This document shows, piece by piece, positions 35,031 to 48,215 of a stretch of DNA of 54,982 nucleotides. The position numbers and the translations under genes were made by a program. Origin of the DNA: Octopus bimaculoides (lineage: Eukaryota); NCBI RefSeq assembly GCF_001194135.2, contig NC_068982.1:190312122-190367103 (forward strand), read 5' to 3'. Below the pieces are notes generated by a model. That model did no database searches, had not been told where the DNA came from, and saw only the letters and a list, made by a program, of their open reading frames with translations. Each line of letters opens with the position of its first letter. The stretch's first letter is position 1.

Positions 35031-35311
35031 GCTCTTTTGGTACCAGGATAATGTAAAGGGCTGCAAGTAATTACCATAAGGCATTTTGTGTTGTTACTGA
35101 ACCCCAGATTAGCCTTCATTAAGCAGTACGACTTGTTATTGTTGTTAATGTTGCTATTGTTGTTGTTATTGAGAGTGGTGATAATGTTCTTTAACCCTTG
35201 GTCAGCCTTCAGTAGGAACACCTATAATCAAAAATATTCCAGTCGTAATCGCACTGGATTTTTAGACACCGTGTATTTAAACTATATTGCCTAAGGAGGC
35301 CTTTCCTTTTA

Positions 35312-35541
35312 TTAACCCTTTAACAGTTAAACTGGCCAAATAAGGCCTAATTAGTCTGCCTGTTTCATGTTCAAACCAACCAGATCCAGCCTCTTACACC
35401 TACACTACAATGTCATTCTAAAAAGTAACAATCACATTACTGAAAGCTCAAAACTATGAGAGATGATGCATGATTAATTCAAAACAATGTGAATAAACAA
35501 ACTTCAAACTTCACAGAATAAACCGAATGCTAAAGGGTTAA
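35312..35541. mobile_element. piggyBac-like MITE
   Basis: TTAA-CCCTTTAACA ... ATGCTAAAGGG-TTAA (TTAA TSD, CCC/GGG termini). Confidence 0.75.
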
Positions 35542-35606
35542 GAGAATGGGGTGTGATTTAAGGTGAAATCATCTGCTATTTCTCGCTGATTGTCTAACTG
35601 TTTCGG

Positions 35607-35645
<39 letters not shown>

Positions 35646-35658
35646 TATCCCTCTCTCC

Positions 35659-35698
<40 letters not shown>

Positions 35699-35717
35699 CT
35701 CTCTCTCCCTCTCTCCC

Positions 35718-35766
<49 letters not shown>

Positions 35767-35812
35767 NNNNNNNNNNNNNNNNNNNNNNNNNNNNNNNNNN
35801 NNNNNNNNNNNN

Positions 35813-35876
<64 letters not shown>

Positions 35877-35954
35877 TGTAAATATATCCCGTATCACTGG
35901 ATCTGCCAAAGTTTGAATCCAATTATTATTATTATTGTTGTTGTTGTTACCGTT

Positions 35955-36440
35955 GTTGTGTGAGAGCAGCGCACACCATCAAATCTCAATACACCCATCA
36001 TGACTACCTGTCTGATGAGGATACACCAGGCTCATGCGTCAGAACCAGATGTGCGGGACATGCTCATCTCATATCAAGATAAACAGGGCATGACTTCGCA
36101 GGTGGGGCCCAGTTAGAATTTTCGTCGAGTAGCCCATCCCGCTTATAAGGTCCCTTAATAAGGCTTAAGGACGATGAAAGTAACAACCATGTTTCCAGTG
36201 GTGAATTACTCAAACCCCAAAGAATCCCTCTCAACAATTGGCTATGATACTCCCCCACTACTTCTGCTCGTCATCAGGGATGCACATATCGTCAGCCACC
36301 AAGGGACATGCTCAACTGGTTAAGGTCAAACAACCGACAAGCAAATCTGTGGTATTAAGCAGAATATTTGCTGTAGCCCATCTTTGATACCAAGACAAAA
36401 CAATGTACATGATAACACTTCCAGTCGTTTAAGATGAGAG
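35955..36440 (-). mobile_element. ~530-bp noncoding element, copy 3 (5'-truncated)
   Basis: Reverse-complement homology to 1153-1678. The 3' end runs into (AAC)n(AAT)n. Confidence 0.82.
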
Positions 36441-36498
36441 CTCTGTAGTAGAAAGGATAATTATTATTATCTGTAGTAGAAAGGATAATTATTATTAT

Positions 36499-36543
36499 CT
36501 CCGCCTTAGCGAAGGCGGAGGTATTGTTTTTCAGTTGTGTTTG
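36499..36543 (+). mobile_element. Possible 5' end of a Helentron/DINE-1-like non-autonomous element
   Basis: Hairpin CTCCGCCTT-AGCG-AAGGCGGAG followed by GTATTGTTTTTCAG and a GTTT-type start before a gap. The rest is hidden in Ns. Confidence 0.45.
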
Positions 36544-38440
36544 NNNNNNNNNNNNNNNNNNNNNNNNNNNNNNNNNNNNNNNNNNNNNNNNNNNNNNNNN
36601 NNNNNNNNNNNNNNNNNNNNNNNNNNNNNNNNNNNNNNNNNNNNNNNNNNNNNNNNNNNNNNNNNNNNNNNNNNNNNNNNNNNNNNNNNNNNNNNNNNNN
36701 NNNNNNNNNNNNNNNNNNNNNNNNNNNNNNNNNNNNNNNNNNNNNNNNNNNNNNNNNNNNNNNNNNNNNNNNNNNNNNNNNNNNNNNNNNNNNNNNNNNN
36801 NNNNNNNNNNNNNNNNNNNNNNNNNNNNNNNNNNNNNNNNNNNNNNNNNNNNNNNNNNNNNNNNNNNNNNNNNNNNNNNNNNNNNNNNNNNNNNNNNNNN
36901 NNNNNNNNNNNNNNNNNNNNNNNNNNNNNNNNNNNNNNNNNNNNNNNNNNNNNNNNNNNNNNNNNNNNNNNNNNNNNNNNNNNNNNNNNNNNNNNNNNNN
37001 NNNNNNNNNNNNNNNNNNNNNNNNNNNNNNNNNNNNNNNNNNNNNNNNNNNNNNNNNNNNNNNNNNNNNNNNNNNNNNNNNNNNNNNNNNNNNNNNNNNN
37101 NNNNNNNNNNNNNNNNNNNNNNNNNNNNNNNNNNNNNNNNNNNNNNNNNNNNNNNNNNNNNNNNNNNNNNNNNNNNNNNNNNNNNNNNNNNNNNNNNNNN
37201 NNNNNNNNNNNNNNNNNNNNNNNNNNNNNNNNNNNNNNNNNNNNNNNNNNNNNNNNNNNNNNNNNNNNNNNNNNNNNNNNNNNNNNNNNNNNNNNNNNNN
37301 NNNNNNNNNNNNNNNNNNNNNNNNNNNNNNNNNNNNNNNNNNNNNNNNNNNNNNNNNNNNNNNNNNNNNNNNNNNNNNNNNNNNNNNNNNNNNNNNNNNN
37401 NNNNNNNNNNNNNNNNNNNNNNNNNNNNNNNNNNNNNNGTATTAAATGGTGGTGAGGGGGTGGGGAGGACATTTTTCGTATCGAAAATGGCGGGATTGTG
37501 AAAGAGTCTAACGATTTCGTTTTTTTTTTTTTTTTGCTAACAAGAAAAATAACATTCGCTTTCACACAGACACAAACATATACACGCAAATGCACGTAGG
37601 TACACACACACACGCACACACACGCACTCACACACTCACACACACGTACACTGAACGCACACACATACACACCCACACATTCACACACACGTACACCCAC
37701 CCACACACACGCACACACGCAGTACACAGAACGCACACAACACACACTGCATGCACAATACACACACACACTCATACACTGCATATAAAATACACACACA
37801 CTCNNNNNNNNNNNNNNNNNNNNNNNNNNNNNNNNNNNNNNNNNNNNNNNNNNNNNNNNNNNNNNNNNNNNNNNNNNNNNNNNNNNNNNNNNNNNNNNNN
37901 NNNNNNNNNNNNNNNNNNNNNNNNNNNNNNNNNNNNNNNNNNNNNNNNNNNNNNNNNNNNNNNNNNNNNNNNNNNNNNNNNNNNNNNNNNNNNNNNNNNN
38001 NNNNNNNNNNNNNNNNNNNNNNNNACACACACAATTGAAAACAAAAATCGGAATTTGAGTTGAGCATAAGTTTCGTCGTTTTCACAAATAACTTGGAACA
38101 GGGAAGCTGTAGATATGCAAGAAAAAGACAGGAACAAAATACGATGAGTGGGAGAAAGAAGAAGGCAACGTGACTGTGAGTCGGCAGAGAGAGGAGAAAC
38201 TTTCTTTTTGCCTTCCAAAAATAATCATAATTGACGTAGAGAGAGGGAGAAAGAAATCAGATCCTCTACAGGGCACGAGAGAGAGAGAGAGAGAGAGAGT
38301 AAATGTTAATATTAGTTGCTGGTAGGGACACCGTTCTTTTGTTGGGAAACCATAAAATACAACTAAGTATATTAAAGGTTTATAAATCAATACTGTATCC
38401 GATCTTGTGTTAGCAGTGCGCTGTTTTTATTTCTAAGTTT

Positions 38441-38868
38441 TATCTCTACAGATTCACTGTAGAATTTAGAGCCAGCTTTGAAAGTTACGACGGTTCGCAT
38501 ACGAATATGTCTCTGTAAACAGTGCGATCGAAGACAGCGTAGTATATTATGGTTGCTAAACGAAATACTGTGTCCCAACCAGCTATTAATATGTACGTAC
38601 CAATTGCCAGGAATATGTTTAATACATAAATTGGTTTGTTCAATAATATTGCATCGTTAATCTTAGGGGTTATTCAAGTAACGCATTCGTGGGCAGTTAA
38701 TGAATTGAATGTGTTACTGAAGAAGGAGCAATAACTCCTGATATATGCATATACACCCATTACCTCTTTTTCTATTTTCGATCGCATTGTTTACATAGAC
38801 ATATTCGTATATGAAACGTCGTAACTTTCAGTGCTGGCTTTAAACTTTATAGATAAACTGTTGAGATT
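38441..38868. repeat. ~95-bp diverged inverted repeat pair
   Basis: 38441-38537 versus the reverse complement of 38772-38868. Roughly 80% identical, with no indels in the 67-nt core. Confidence 0.85.
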
Positions 38869-39644
38869 AAGCATAAAAATTGGCAAGAGGTTCAACACTG
38901 ACGTTAATTTTGACAACGTATGATCAAGTGCGGTAGAAGGTTTCTCTAGTTCTACCAACATCCGAATTCTCTGAGTATTTTTGTTATTGCTACTGCTGTT
39001 GTAGTTGTCAATGTTGATGCGGCCGTCACTGATACATTGTGGTCGGACGAGGAAAGAATTGGAAATTCTGGTCGTAGTCGCGGTTCCAATAGGTATCTGC
39101 ATCTCCTTTCTCTAATACCATATTTTTTCATAAATTTATGCATGTTTTTACGCTAACAAAATACGCCCAGGAGGGCCGAAAGTATCAGGAAACCGACCAG
39201 TTTCTAAGCTGGTCGGCTTAACAACAAAAATGGTACAAAAGTACAACAACGACTTGCCATCATATTTGAACAGCATCTCAAATGGACAAACACACACACA
39301 CATATCTATATATACATACATAGAAATATACAAGCAAGCATACATATATACAAACATACATATATGTATATACACACACATCCATATATAGATATATGTA
39401 TATAAAGTAATAATAATAATAATCCGTGGATGGAATTTTTAAATATTTTGATGTATAGCTACGCGCCATTGGTAGTTGTTGCAGGTTGGAATCATTAGGT
39501 TTTTTTCCCCTTAAAGTGTGTACATATATANNNNNNNNNNNNNNNNNNNNNNNNNNNNNNNNNNNNNNNNNNNNNNNNNNNNNNNNNNNNNNNNNNNNNN
39601 NNNNNNNNNNNNNNNNNNNNNNNNNNNNNNNNNNNNNNNNNNNN

Positions 39645-39704
<60 letters not shown>

Positions 39705-40292
39705 TGAGAGAGTGAGAGAGAGAGTGAGAGAGAGAGAGTGAGAGAGCGAGAGATGCATACACACACATATACGCACATATTAAAGACTACTCTCAGGGTA
39801 CTTGCGGATTTCCACAAGTACATCTAGTAAAAGAGTAAAAGTAGAAATCCTACTGTATGATAACATCTGATAGCCGATACCTCAAGTAGAGCTTTGGGAA
39901 GCATGCTATAAGATTATTACCCAGATAATATTATAAATTTATATTCTATGTTTAGATGAAGAATATTGCTATTAAATAACTGGTTTTTCTTTTGTTCTAT
40001 CGTAGGAGGAGAAATAATTTTTAATCATGGCCACTGCAATGGTGACGGTAGGCACCACATCATCTATCAGCTGTTGATAACGTTGCCGCTGCTGCTGCTG
40101 CCCCTACTGCTTCAGGAAAAAGATGAAGCCAATTTCAACTGAAATGTAAGCAACAGCGCAAATAATGAGAAAATTGGCAGTAACAACACCAACAGCAAGT
40201 GTTAGAGAAAATATAAAACGAATGACAAAATTACTGTTAAGAACAAGAACAACAACAATCGTAGCTTCGTCAACAATAGCAATAATGACAGC

Positions 40293-40332
<40 letters not shown>

Positions 40333-40626
40333 GCAAAAGCAATTCAAATAAAAGGAGAAAATTAGCTGAAAGTTAAATTGGGCTTCACTTACCACGATGA
40401 GTGTGAGCACGCGTTAGGAAAGAAAGAATTATTAGACTTGTCTAAGAAATTCTTGTTAAAAATCAAGAACTGCATCAACCACAAAACACGGAAATGAAAG
40501 AAAACTAGAAAACCCTTTCTGATTTGAAAATTAAGGACTCTGGGACTGTTTCTGGAGTCTGGATAGAAGGACATCGCATTTGGTTCAATACGGTTTCATT
40601 TATTTTTTAATATCGAAGACGAAAAA

Positions 40627-40798
40627 GGGCGGCGAGCTGGCAGAAACGTTAGCACGCCGGGCGAAATGCTTAGCGGTATTTCGTCTGCCGTTACGTTCTG
40701 AGTTCAAATGGTGATCTTTTACTGTAGCTTTAGGCCAACTAAAGCCCTGTGAGTGGATTTGGTAGACGGAAACTGAAAGGAGCCTGTCATATATATAC

Positions 40799-40851
<53 letters not shown>

Positions 40852-41230
40852 TAGCAAATAAAAAAACACCAATTACAGTCTTGGAGTGGTTGGAGTTAGG
40901 AAAGGCATCCAGCTATAGAAAACCATGCCAAATCAGAATGGAGTCTGGTACAGTCTTCCACCGTACCAGCCCAGTCAAACCGTCCAACTTGTGCCAGCAT
41001 GGACATTGGACGTTAAATGATGATGATGATCATGATATATATGTATATATTTGTGTGTTTGTGTTTGTTCCCCCCCACCATCGCTTGGCAACCGATGTTG
41101 GTGTGCTTACGTTCTTGTAACTTAGTGGTTCCGCAAAAGAAACCGATAGAATGAATACTAGACTTACAGAGTATAAGTCCTGGGGTCGATTTGTTGGAAC
41201 AAATAAAAACAAATAAAAGAATAAAAGAGT
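40627..41230 (+). mobile_element. SINE A head fused to a SINE C body, with inserted material
   Basis: GGCGGCGAGCTGGCAGAAACGTTAGC...GTTCAAAT, then GTGAGTGGATTTGGTAGACGGAAACTG...CATCGCTTGGCAACCGATG...AAAAGAATAAAAG. Confidence 0.75.
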
Positions 41231-41261
41231 ACTAGTATAGATACTTAATAAAAGAAAACTG

Positions 41262-41570
41262 GCTCTCCGTCGGTTACGACGACGAGTGTTCCATCTGATC
41301 CGATCAACGGAACAGCCTGTTCGTGAAACTATTGTGGAAGTGACGGAGCATTCCGCAGACACGCGTTCCCTTAACGTAGTTCTCAGGGCGATTCACCTTA
41401 ATACAGAATGTGACAAGGCCATTTGGAATACAGGTACAATTCATTTTTGTTAACCGAGTGGACTGGAAAATTTCAATGTGAAATAAAGTGACTTGCTCAA
41501 GGACACAACACATCGCCAATAATCATTTTGGTGACCGTGAGCCGAATACCATAGCCACGTGCCTTCACTG
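41262..41570 (-). mobile_element. SINE family B
   Basis: Reverse-complement match to 4016-4335. Confidence 0.8.
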
Positions 41571-42139
41571 AGTAGGCTTTACTGCAAATGGCTATAAAGA
41601 CTGTAATTATTTCGTTTCGTCTTCCACCATTTCTCCTGCATCTCTCCTGTTATACGCCTGTCTTTAGATGTTTAAATGTTCCTATCTTCACACAATCTCA
41701 ATAAGCCTTTAGTTAACTCAGAGGCCAAGTTATTTTTTTTTTTTTTACTACCTTCTATATTTACATCCATACCACTTTTTTATAGCCACAATTAGTAATT
41801 CTACTAAACATCACTCTTAACACACCAGATCTATGTTGCTAATGCCAAGTTTACCCAAAATAGCTCTACAAATTGATTAACGGAAACAATTTTACTTTTG
41901 TTTTCAGTTTGGGGATTCTTACTGTAGACAAACCAAACAAATATCTTTCTCATCACATTTCAGCGATAAAAATGTATATTTTTGTAAAAAGAAACGCGTA
42001 ATATTTTGTGGAACTCCGGAAGTAAATCATTTTCTCTGATAATTTTTATTTGGTTGGTTGTGGAAGATTAAGACTTCGGTGTTGGAGATACATTGTCGAG
42101 TTCAGGGCGGTGATTGTTATGGAATTCACTTTGCTTTTA

Positions 42140-42480
42140 TCTTTTATTTGTTTCAGGCATAGGCTGAGGCCATGCTGGAGTACTACATTGAGGAATTTTT
42201 AGTCGAACAAATTGACCTCAGTACTTATTTTTTTAAAAGCCTAGTACTTATTCTATCGGACTGTTATGTTGAACTGCTAAGTTGTGGGACGTAAACAGAC
42301 CAACACCGGTTGCTAAGCGGCGATGGAGGACAAACACATACACACACATACGACGTGCTTCTTTCAGTTTCCGTCTCCCATATCACAAAGCTTTGGTTGA
42401 CCCGAGACTACAGCAGAAGACATTTGCGCAATGTACGTTGCAGTGGGACTGAACTCGGAATCATGTGGTTTTTACTTGCT
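42140..42480 (-). mobile_element. SINE family C
   Basis: GGCCATGCTGGAG...CTAGTACTTATTCTATCGG...CTTTCAGTTTCCGTC...CAGTGGGACTGAACTC. Confidence 0.78.
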
Positions 42481-43139
42481 TTTTTTTTTTTCAATAACTT
42501 TTGTCTGTAAAATAAGGAAGACCAGTCTTTGTTACGGTCGGAAACTCGTAGTATATCTGACCCAACCAAAAGAGCGGAAATAATACATCATTTCCCCGTG
42601 ATATATCAAAGAAATGTTTCGTCTTTATAGTTGGCAATGAATTCTGTTCTAGTGATCTAGTTAGAATATTGGAACACACGAAATCTTTATCGTTTCACTA
42701 CAGAAGAAAAACTAAAATCAACGACCAAGTTTTAAATAGCAAGATTCTTGCTAATAATAATACTTTATTCTAGGCTCAGCTTATTTCACAATTTTGTTAT
42801 GCATAAAATAATGAAATATCATCAATAAATTGACGACGTTAGCAGATAAATCTCCGTCAATAAGTTACGTAATATCAATAAATAAGAGCAGCGTGGTTAA
42901 TGCTTGTCCGGAAAATTCTCCGGAAGAAATCTCGCCATATAGGAAAATTCGCCATAAGACAAATCCACCGAATGGACAACGATAAGGCATATTATATCAG
43001 AGATTTTTTAAATAAGAAAAAAAAATGATAAAAGGTTTTATAAAAGCATTAAATAAACAAGATTTTATTCAAAACCCAAACATTTAAACAAAAAAAAAAA
43101 ACTTGATGAGGTCAGCTAGAACGAAATTTCTTACGGTAA

Positions 43140-43390
43140 ATTAACTGAAAGAAGCCCGACGTAAATATGTATGTGTGTGTATGTGTGTGTGTTTGTGTGT
43201 CTCTGTTTGTCCCTCAACATCGGTTGACAACCGACGCTGGTGTGTTTATATCCCCGTAAGCTAGCGGTTCGGCAAAAGCGACCGATAGAGTAAGTACTAG
43301 GCGTACAAAGAATAAGTCCTGGGGTCGATTTACTCGACTAAAGGCGGTGCTCCAGGATGGCCACAGTCAAATGACTGAAACAAGTAAAAA
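43140..43390 (+). mobile_element. SINE family C, 3' portion
   Basis: AACTGAAAGAAGCCCGACG-(TG)n...GGCGGTGCTCCAGGATGGCCACAGTCAAATGACTGAAACAAG. Confidence 0.82.
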
Positions 43391-44148
43391 AAAAAAAATA
43401 TATATATATTTATAATTATTTGTTTATAAACATATGTAAATGTATAAATATACATGTATATCACACACATATATACATATATACACATATACATTTATAC
43501 ACATATACATATATACACATATACATATATACACATATACATATATACACATATACATTTATACATGTACATACGTACGTATATAAATATATGTACGTAC
43601 GTTTGTATGTATTTATGTACCTTTGAACGAATATATGTATATATTTTCTTTTGCCTATTTCAAAGAATGACATTTGGCAGACTTTTTCTGTCTTCTTGCA
43701 GAAAATATAAGACATAACACTGACGAAATTCACAAATATAAAACAATTTCATTTATTTATTCAATTATTTTTTTCTTCTCATACAACCTTATGTTTTTGT
43801 TGTTTGTTTCCCTACTTTTATTTTTATTTTTCGTCTTAGAAAGGAGAAAAAAATCAACTTAAAAGAAATAACAATCTCGAACTCGTGAATTTATTTAAAA
43901 AATAAAAAAGAGAAAAAGACTGCAATAATTCTTCGCAACAAACTGTTTGAGTTTCTACAAGAAATCAAAGAGGAAATTGAAAAATAAGCGAATCCAGATG
44001 GGCTGAACCACATTTCAGAAAATCGTTCTTCTGTCGAACCTATTATTGTTCTTACAGACATCTTTTCATTCCTTCCTTTCTTCCATCCTTCCTCTCATCA
44101 TTCATTCTCATTCATCATCATCATCATCATTGTCTTCTTCTTCTTCTT

Positions 44149-44204
<56 letters not shown>

Positions 44205-44210
44205 CTCTCT

Positions 44211-44241
<31 letters not shown>

Positions 44242-44571
44242 CCTCTCTCTCTCTCTCTCTCGCTCTCTCGCTCTCTCTCGCTCTCTCTCTCTCTCCCCTA
44301 AATAAATATCCGCCGCGTCGGTAAGTGGTGTCTTGAGTTTTATTTCTTTCTCAATAAAAACAAAACCACGGGGGCGGTTAGTTTGATGTCTTTTTTTTTC
44401 CTCTTCAGTAGGGCATCATTCCTCATTTATGAGCAACAGACATTGAAATGTAGAGTAACTGTTTCCATTGTTGTCACGCATACACACACACACACACAAA
44501 TACACGCACATGCATACATATATGATACACACATATCCGTACATAGATACATATAAGCACATAGTTGTGAG

Positions 44572-44626
<55 letters not shown>

Positions 44627-44837
44627 AAATATGTTTATGTAGATCAGCAGAAAGTGACTCAAGAACCGAAAATTTCGGGCATGGCACTCGTCAAGTACGA
44701 AGAACAAAACTTTCAATCCTCGAGTCACATTTGTAGCTCTCTACAGTTTAAAATATAAACATATACACTCATTTCATGCGTTAGGTTTCTCTCTGCTTGT
44801 TTTACCAATTCTTTACGCACACACAGACAGACAGACA

Positions 44838-44873
<36 letters not shown>

Positions 44874-44914
44874 CTCTCTCTCGATCCTGCCGAATCTTCT
44901 CGTCAGTGGAGGAG

Positions 44915-45183
44915 GTTTGACGGGCGTCCTGGTCCCTTTTCTTGTGTCATACTTGTCCGGCCGCTTTTAAATTTCTCGATCCACTCATACACCCTTCTAC
45001 GCAGTAGTGCACTGTTCGCCCGTCGTGTTAAAAGCCTCCGATGAATTTCAGCACCTGAGACACCTTCCGACCAGAGAAATCGGATCACTGCTCTTTGTTC
45101 TTCTCTGGTGCACATTGCTAGTGGAACGGCCATGCTTACACTGTAAAGCCAGAAAGAAGAATGGCGCGATTTGTGTCCTCGTA
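44915..45183 (-). mobile_element. mariner 5' fragment (transposase HTH N-terminus)
   Basis: EEQRAVIRFLWSEGVSGAEIHRRL...VYEWIEKFKSGRTS..GPGRPS, with a TACGAGG terminus at 45183. Confidence 0.88.
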
Positions 45184-45567
45184 TATATATATACAATAAT
45201 CCTTAGACTATTGCTGGCGTTACATTCAAAAACCTCCCACAGAAATAATTAAAATCTAAAAAAAATATAAACACTTGTCGGCCGCAGAAACCCGCGATAT
45301 ACTGAGGAGTCCGCGATATAAAGTAATATATATTAGCAAGAAAAATCCGCTATGTACTGAGTGCGCGACAGGTGAACCCCAATATGGCGAGGGATTACTG
45401 TACAGATGTCAGGTTTATTAAAAACTGAAAAACTTGAAAATGTAAAGACTTGTGGTTAGTGGATTCAGCTCCCGATTGTAAGGGGCTGAGTTCGATTTCT
45501 GGCGGCGCACTTTACTTCACGTTGCTTCAGTTATAGTGGTTATATTGTTTAATATCATAAACATTGT

Positions 45568-45860
45568 GAAGGTGCGTGGTTTAATGGTTAGGGTATTTTG
45601 CTCACGTGGTAAGGTTGTGAGTTCGATTCCTTGTGTCGCATTGTGTTCTTGAGGAAGGCACTTTATTTGACGATTTTCCAGTCCACTCAGCTTGCAAAAA
45701 TGAGTTGTACCTGTAATTCAAACGGCCAGCTTTTGTCACGCTGAATCTCCCTGAGAGCTATGTTAAAAGGTAAGCTTGTCGGTGGAGTACTCGGCCAGTG
45801 GAGTACTCGTTAATTCCACGAGCACGCTCTTCCATTGATCGGAATTCCAGTTTTATCTTT
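45568..45860 (+). mobile_element. SINE family B, with extra degenerate heads at ~45450 and ~45960
   Basis: GGTGCGTGGTTTAATGGTTAGGG...GAGTTCGATTCC...CAGTCCACTCAGCTTGCAAAAATGAGTTGTACC. Confidence 0.78.
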
Positions 45861-46064
45861 CTTCGATGGGAGGGTCATGGCTTCGAAGGACGCGTTAAAC
45901 ACGACCCTGATTCAGTCCAACTTCAACATCAAATGTTTCATGTTTCAGATTCTTGGGAAGGTGCCTGGCCGAGTGGTTAATGTGTAGCACTCATGATAGG
46001 AACGATCGTGGTTTCGACTCCCGGACCGGGCGGTCGTTTCATGTTGCTCCGGTTCGCGTCTTTC

Positions 46065-46390
46065 ACTCACCAGACTGCGGCCAAACAATTCCAATCGAAT
46101 TTATCAAACCCAGTACTTATGTTTTTTAAACCGGGTACCTGTTCTAGCAATATCTTCCGCCGAACCGCTACCCTATGTGAACGTAAACACACCGACACCG
46201 ATTGTCAGGACACAAATGTAGACATTGATATATATATATGATGGGCTTCTTTCAGTTTCCGTCTACCAAATCCACTCACAAGGCTTTGGTCGGCCCGAGG
46301 CTATAGTAGAAGATACTTGCCCAAGTGCCAAGCAGTGGGACTGAACCTGAAACCTTGTAGTTGGGAAGCAAGCTTCTTACCACACCAGTG
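46065..46390 (-). mobile_element. SINE family C
   Basis: GACTGCGGCC...CTTCTTTCAGTTTCCGTCTACCAAATCCACTCACAAGGCTTTGGTCGGCCCGAGGCTATAGTAG...CAGTGGGACTGAACC. Confidence 0.85.
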
Positions 46391-47142
46391 CCTTATATGT
46401 GTGTGTGTGTGTGTGTGTGTCCACCACCGCGTACCAAGCTTAAAAAAATTTAGTACAGTGATCGATTCATTCGTCTAAAAAAAAACTCTCCAGGATGGTG
46501 CCCCAGCATGGCCGCACTCTAATCACTGAAACAAGTAAAAGACAGAAGATAAAAGAATTACTTCCCCGTTGCCTACGTAACAGAATGACGCAAAAATGGT
46601 CGACCGTCTTAGTAAATTATTTCCAGTCTGTAGTTTCGTGCTATTCCATTCGTGACTTGATGTCGACTTTGCAGTTCATCCCTGGGGGATCGATTAAACA
46701 ATATCAGACAAGTAATGGAGTCACTTCAATCGATTACGTTCTTTCTCGCTTCATCACTAGCTCCATTCGAAGAAATAATTCTCGTCTCCTTCTTAGTCTG
46801 TTTTATAGCATTTCCTTAATAATATGAAAATGTGTTAATTTTACAAGAAAGCTACAATCAGCTGCCTTATCTAGCTTGTTGCCTCGTCAGGTGTCGTCGG
46901 CTCGCTGCTTCGTTCTCTATCTCCACCGTATCTCTTCAATGTTGCTGGTGCCTTGCCTCTGATACAATGCTTTATTTATTGAATTTCTTCAGCTTCGGAA
47001 ATTTACGAAAAGAAAAAAAAAAAAATGAAAAAAAGACGAGGAGTCTAGAAAAATAGCTACATCAGCATCATCTGCATTTTCATTATCATCATCGTCGTTG
47101 TCGTCATCCTTGTCGTCATCGTTCGTCACCATCATCACCATT

Positions 47143-47177
<35 letters not shown>

Positions 47178-47190
47178 TTTTTTTATCATA

Positions 47191-47570
47191 AGCGCAGGTG
47201 TGAGTGTGTGGGAAGAAGCTTGCTTCCCAACCACATGGTTCCGGGTTCAGTCCCACTGCGTGTCACCTTGGACAAATGTTTTCTACTATAGCCTCGGGCC
47301 GACCAAAGCCCTGTGAGTAGATCTGGTAGACAGAAACTGAAAGTAGCCCGTCGTATATGTGTGTGTATTTATATGTCTGTGTTTGTCCCCTCTCCCTCGC
47401 TTGTCAACCGATGTCGGTGTGTTTATGTCTCTGTAACTTAGTGGTTCGGCAAGTGCGACCAATAGAATAAGTCCTAGGCTTACAAAGAATAAGTGCTGGG
47501 GTCAATTTGTTCGACTAAAGACGGTGCTCCAGCATGGCCGCAGTCAGATGATTGAAACAAAGAATAAAAA
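47191..47570 (+). mobile_element. Full-length composite SINE family C
   Basis: tRNA-like head (GGTTCAGTCCC), CCTTGGACAAATG core-like block, (TG) linker, SINE-A-like middle block, CR1/L2-like tail. Confidence 0.88.
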
Positions 47571-47749
47571 TTGCTGCGTCACTACGGCACTATGGCACTA
47601 TGGCACCAGCTGTTCACTTTCCTTCAACCAAAGCGCTACTTTCTTTTCACATGTCGAGAACTTTGCGGCGTCTCCTTGTCCTGCCATGTAGCTTTCTGCG
47701 AATGTTCTATTTTCATTTTTATTCCAATTGTTTACAACTAATTTGAATT

Positions 47750-48215
47750 TCTTTTTTATTCGCTAAACTCAGGACCAACAATTATTGAAACAACATCCCC
47801 TTTTTTTATTACCCACAGCATTTTTATTTCTCTCCAGAACTTCATATCGTGCCAGTTTTTTCTCCTTTCTTTTCGACGATTAGTTTACCACTAGGGCAAG
47901 CGATGTCTATGATCAGGGACAAGATTTTTCTTCCTTGTCCACCAGTACAATGTCGGGTTTCCGATGTTCGGTTCTATGACCACACTGGGTTATAAAATAC
48001 CAAAAAATCATAAGTCATTTTCTACCACACCTTTTGTCTCATGCTTATACCATTTCCCACCTCTTTCCAATCTAAATTTGTTCAATATTTTCCAGGGTAC
48101 CATTCCAGTGGTTATTGTCATGCCTTCGCTTGTGTTAATAAGTGTGAATTCAATACGGGGCAAGTGGACAGCAGGAGAAATTTTGAGATCAAGTGTTTCG
48201 GTTCTGAATTCTTGA
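47750..48215 (-). pseudogene. R4/Dong-clade LINE zinc-knuckle/RLE remnant
   Basis: Reverse complement across frameshifts: KWYKHETKGVVEND..RKPDIVLVDKEEKSC..IIDIACPSG...EKLARYEVLER. Confidence 0.85.

Noticed and set aside
8599-39823. Many long ORFs in the supplied track (200-499 aa)
   Set aside because: They run through N-gaps and di-/tri-/tetranucleotide repeats (poly-X, YI, CV, HT, LS) and carry no coding signal.
38949-40125. Candidate exons (38949-39091, signal-peptide-like; an acceptor at 40005 followed by a frame ending AAAAPTASGKR-stop, amidation-like)
   Set aside because: Splice phases do not join usefully, the sequence is low-complexity, and I recognise no homology. RNA-seq would be needed.
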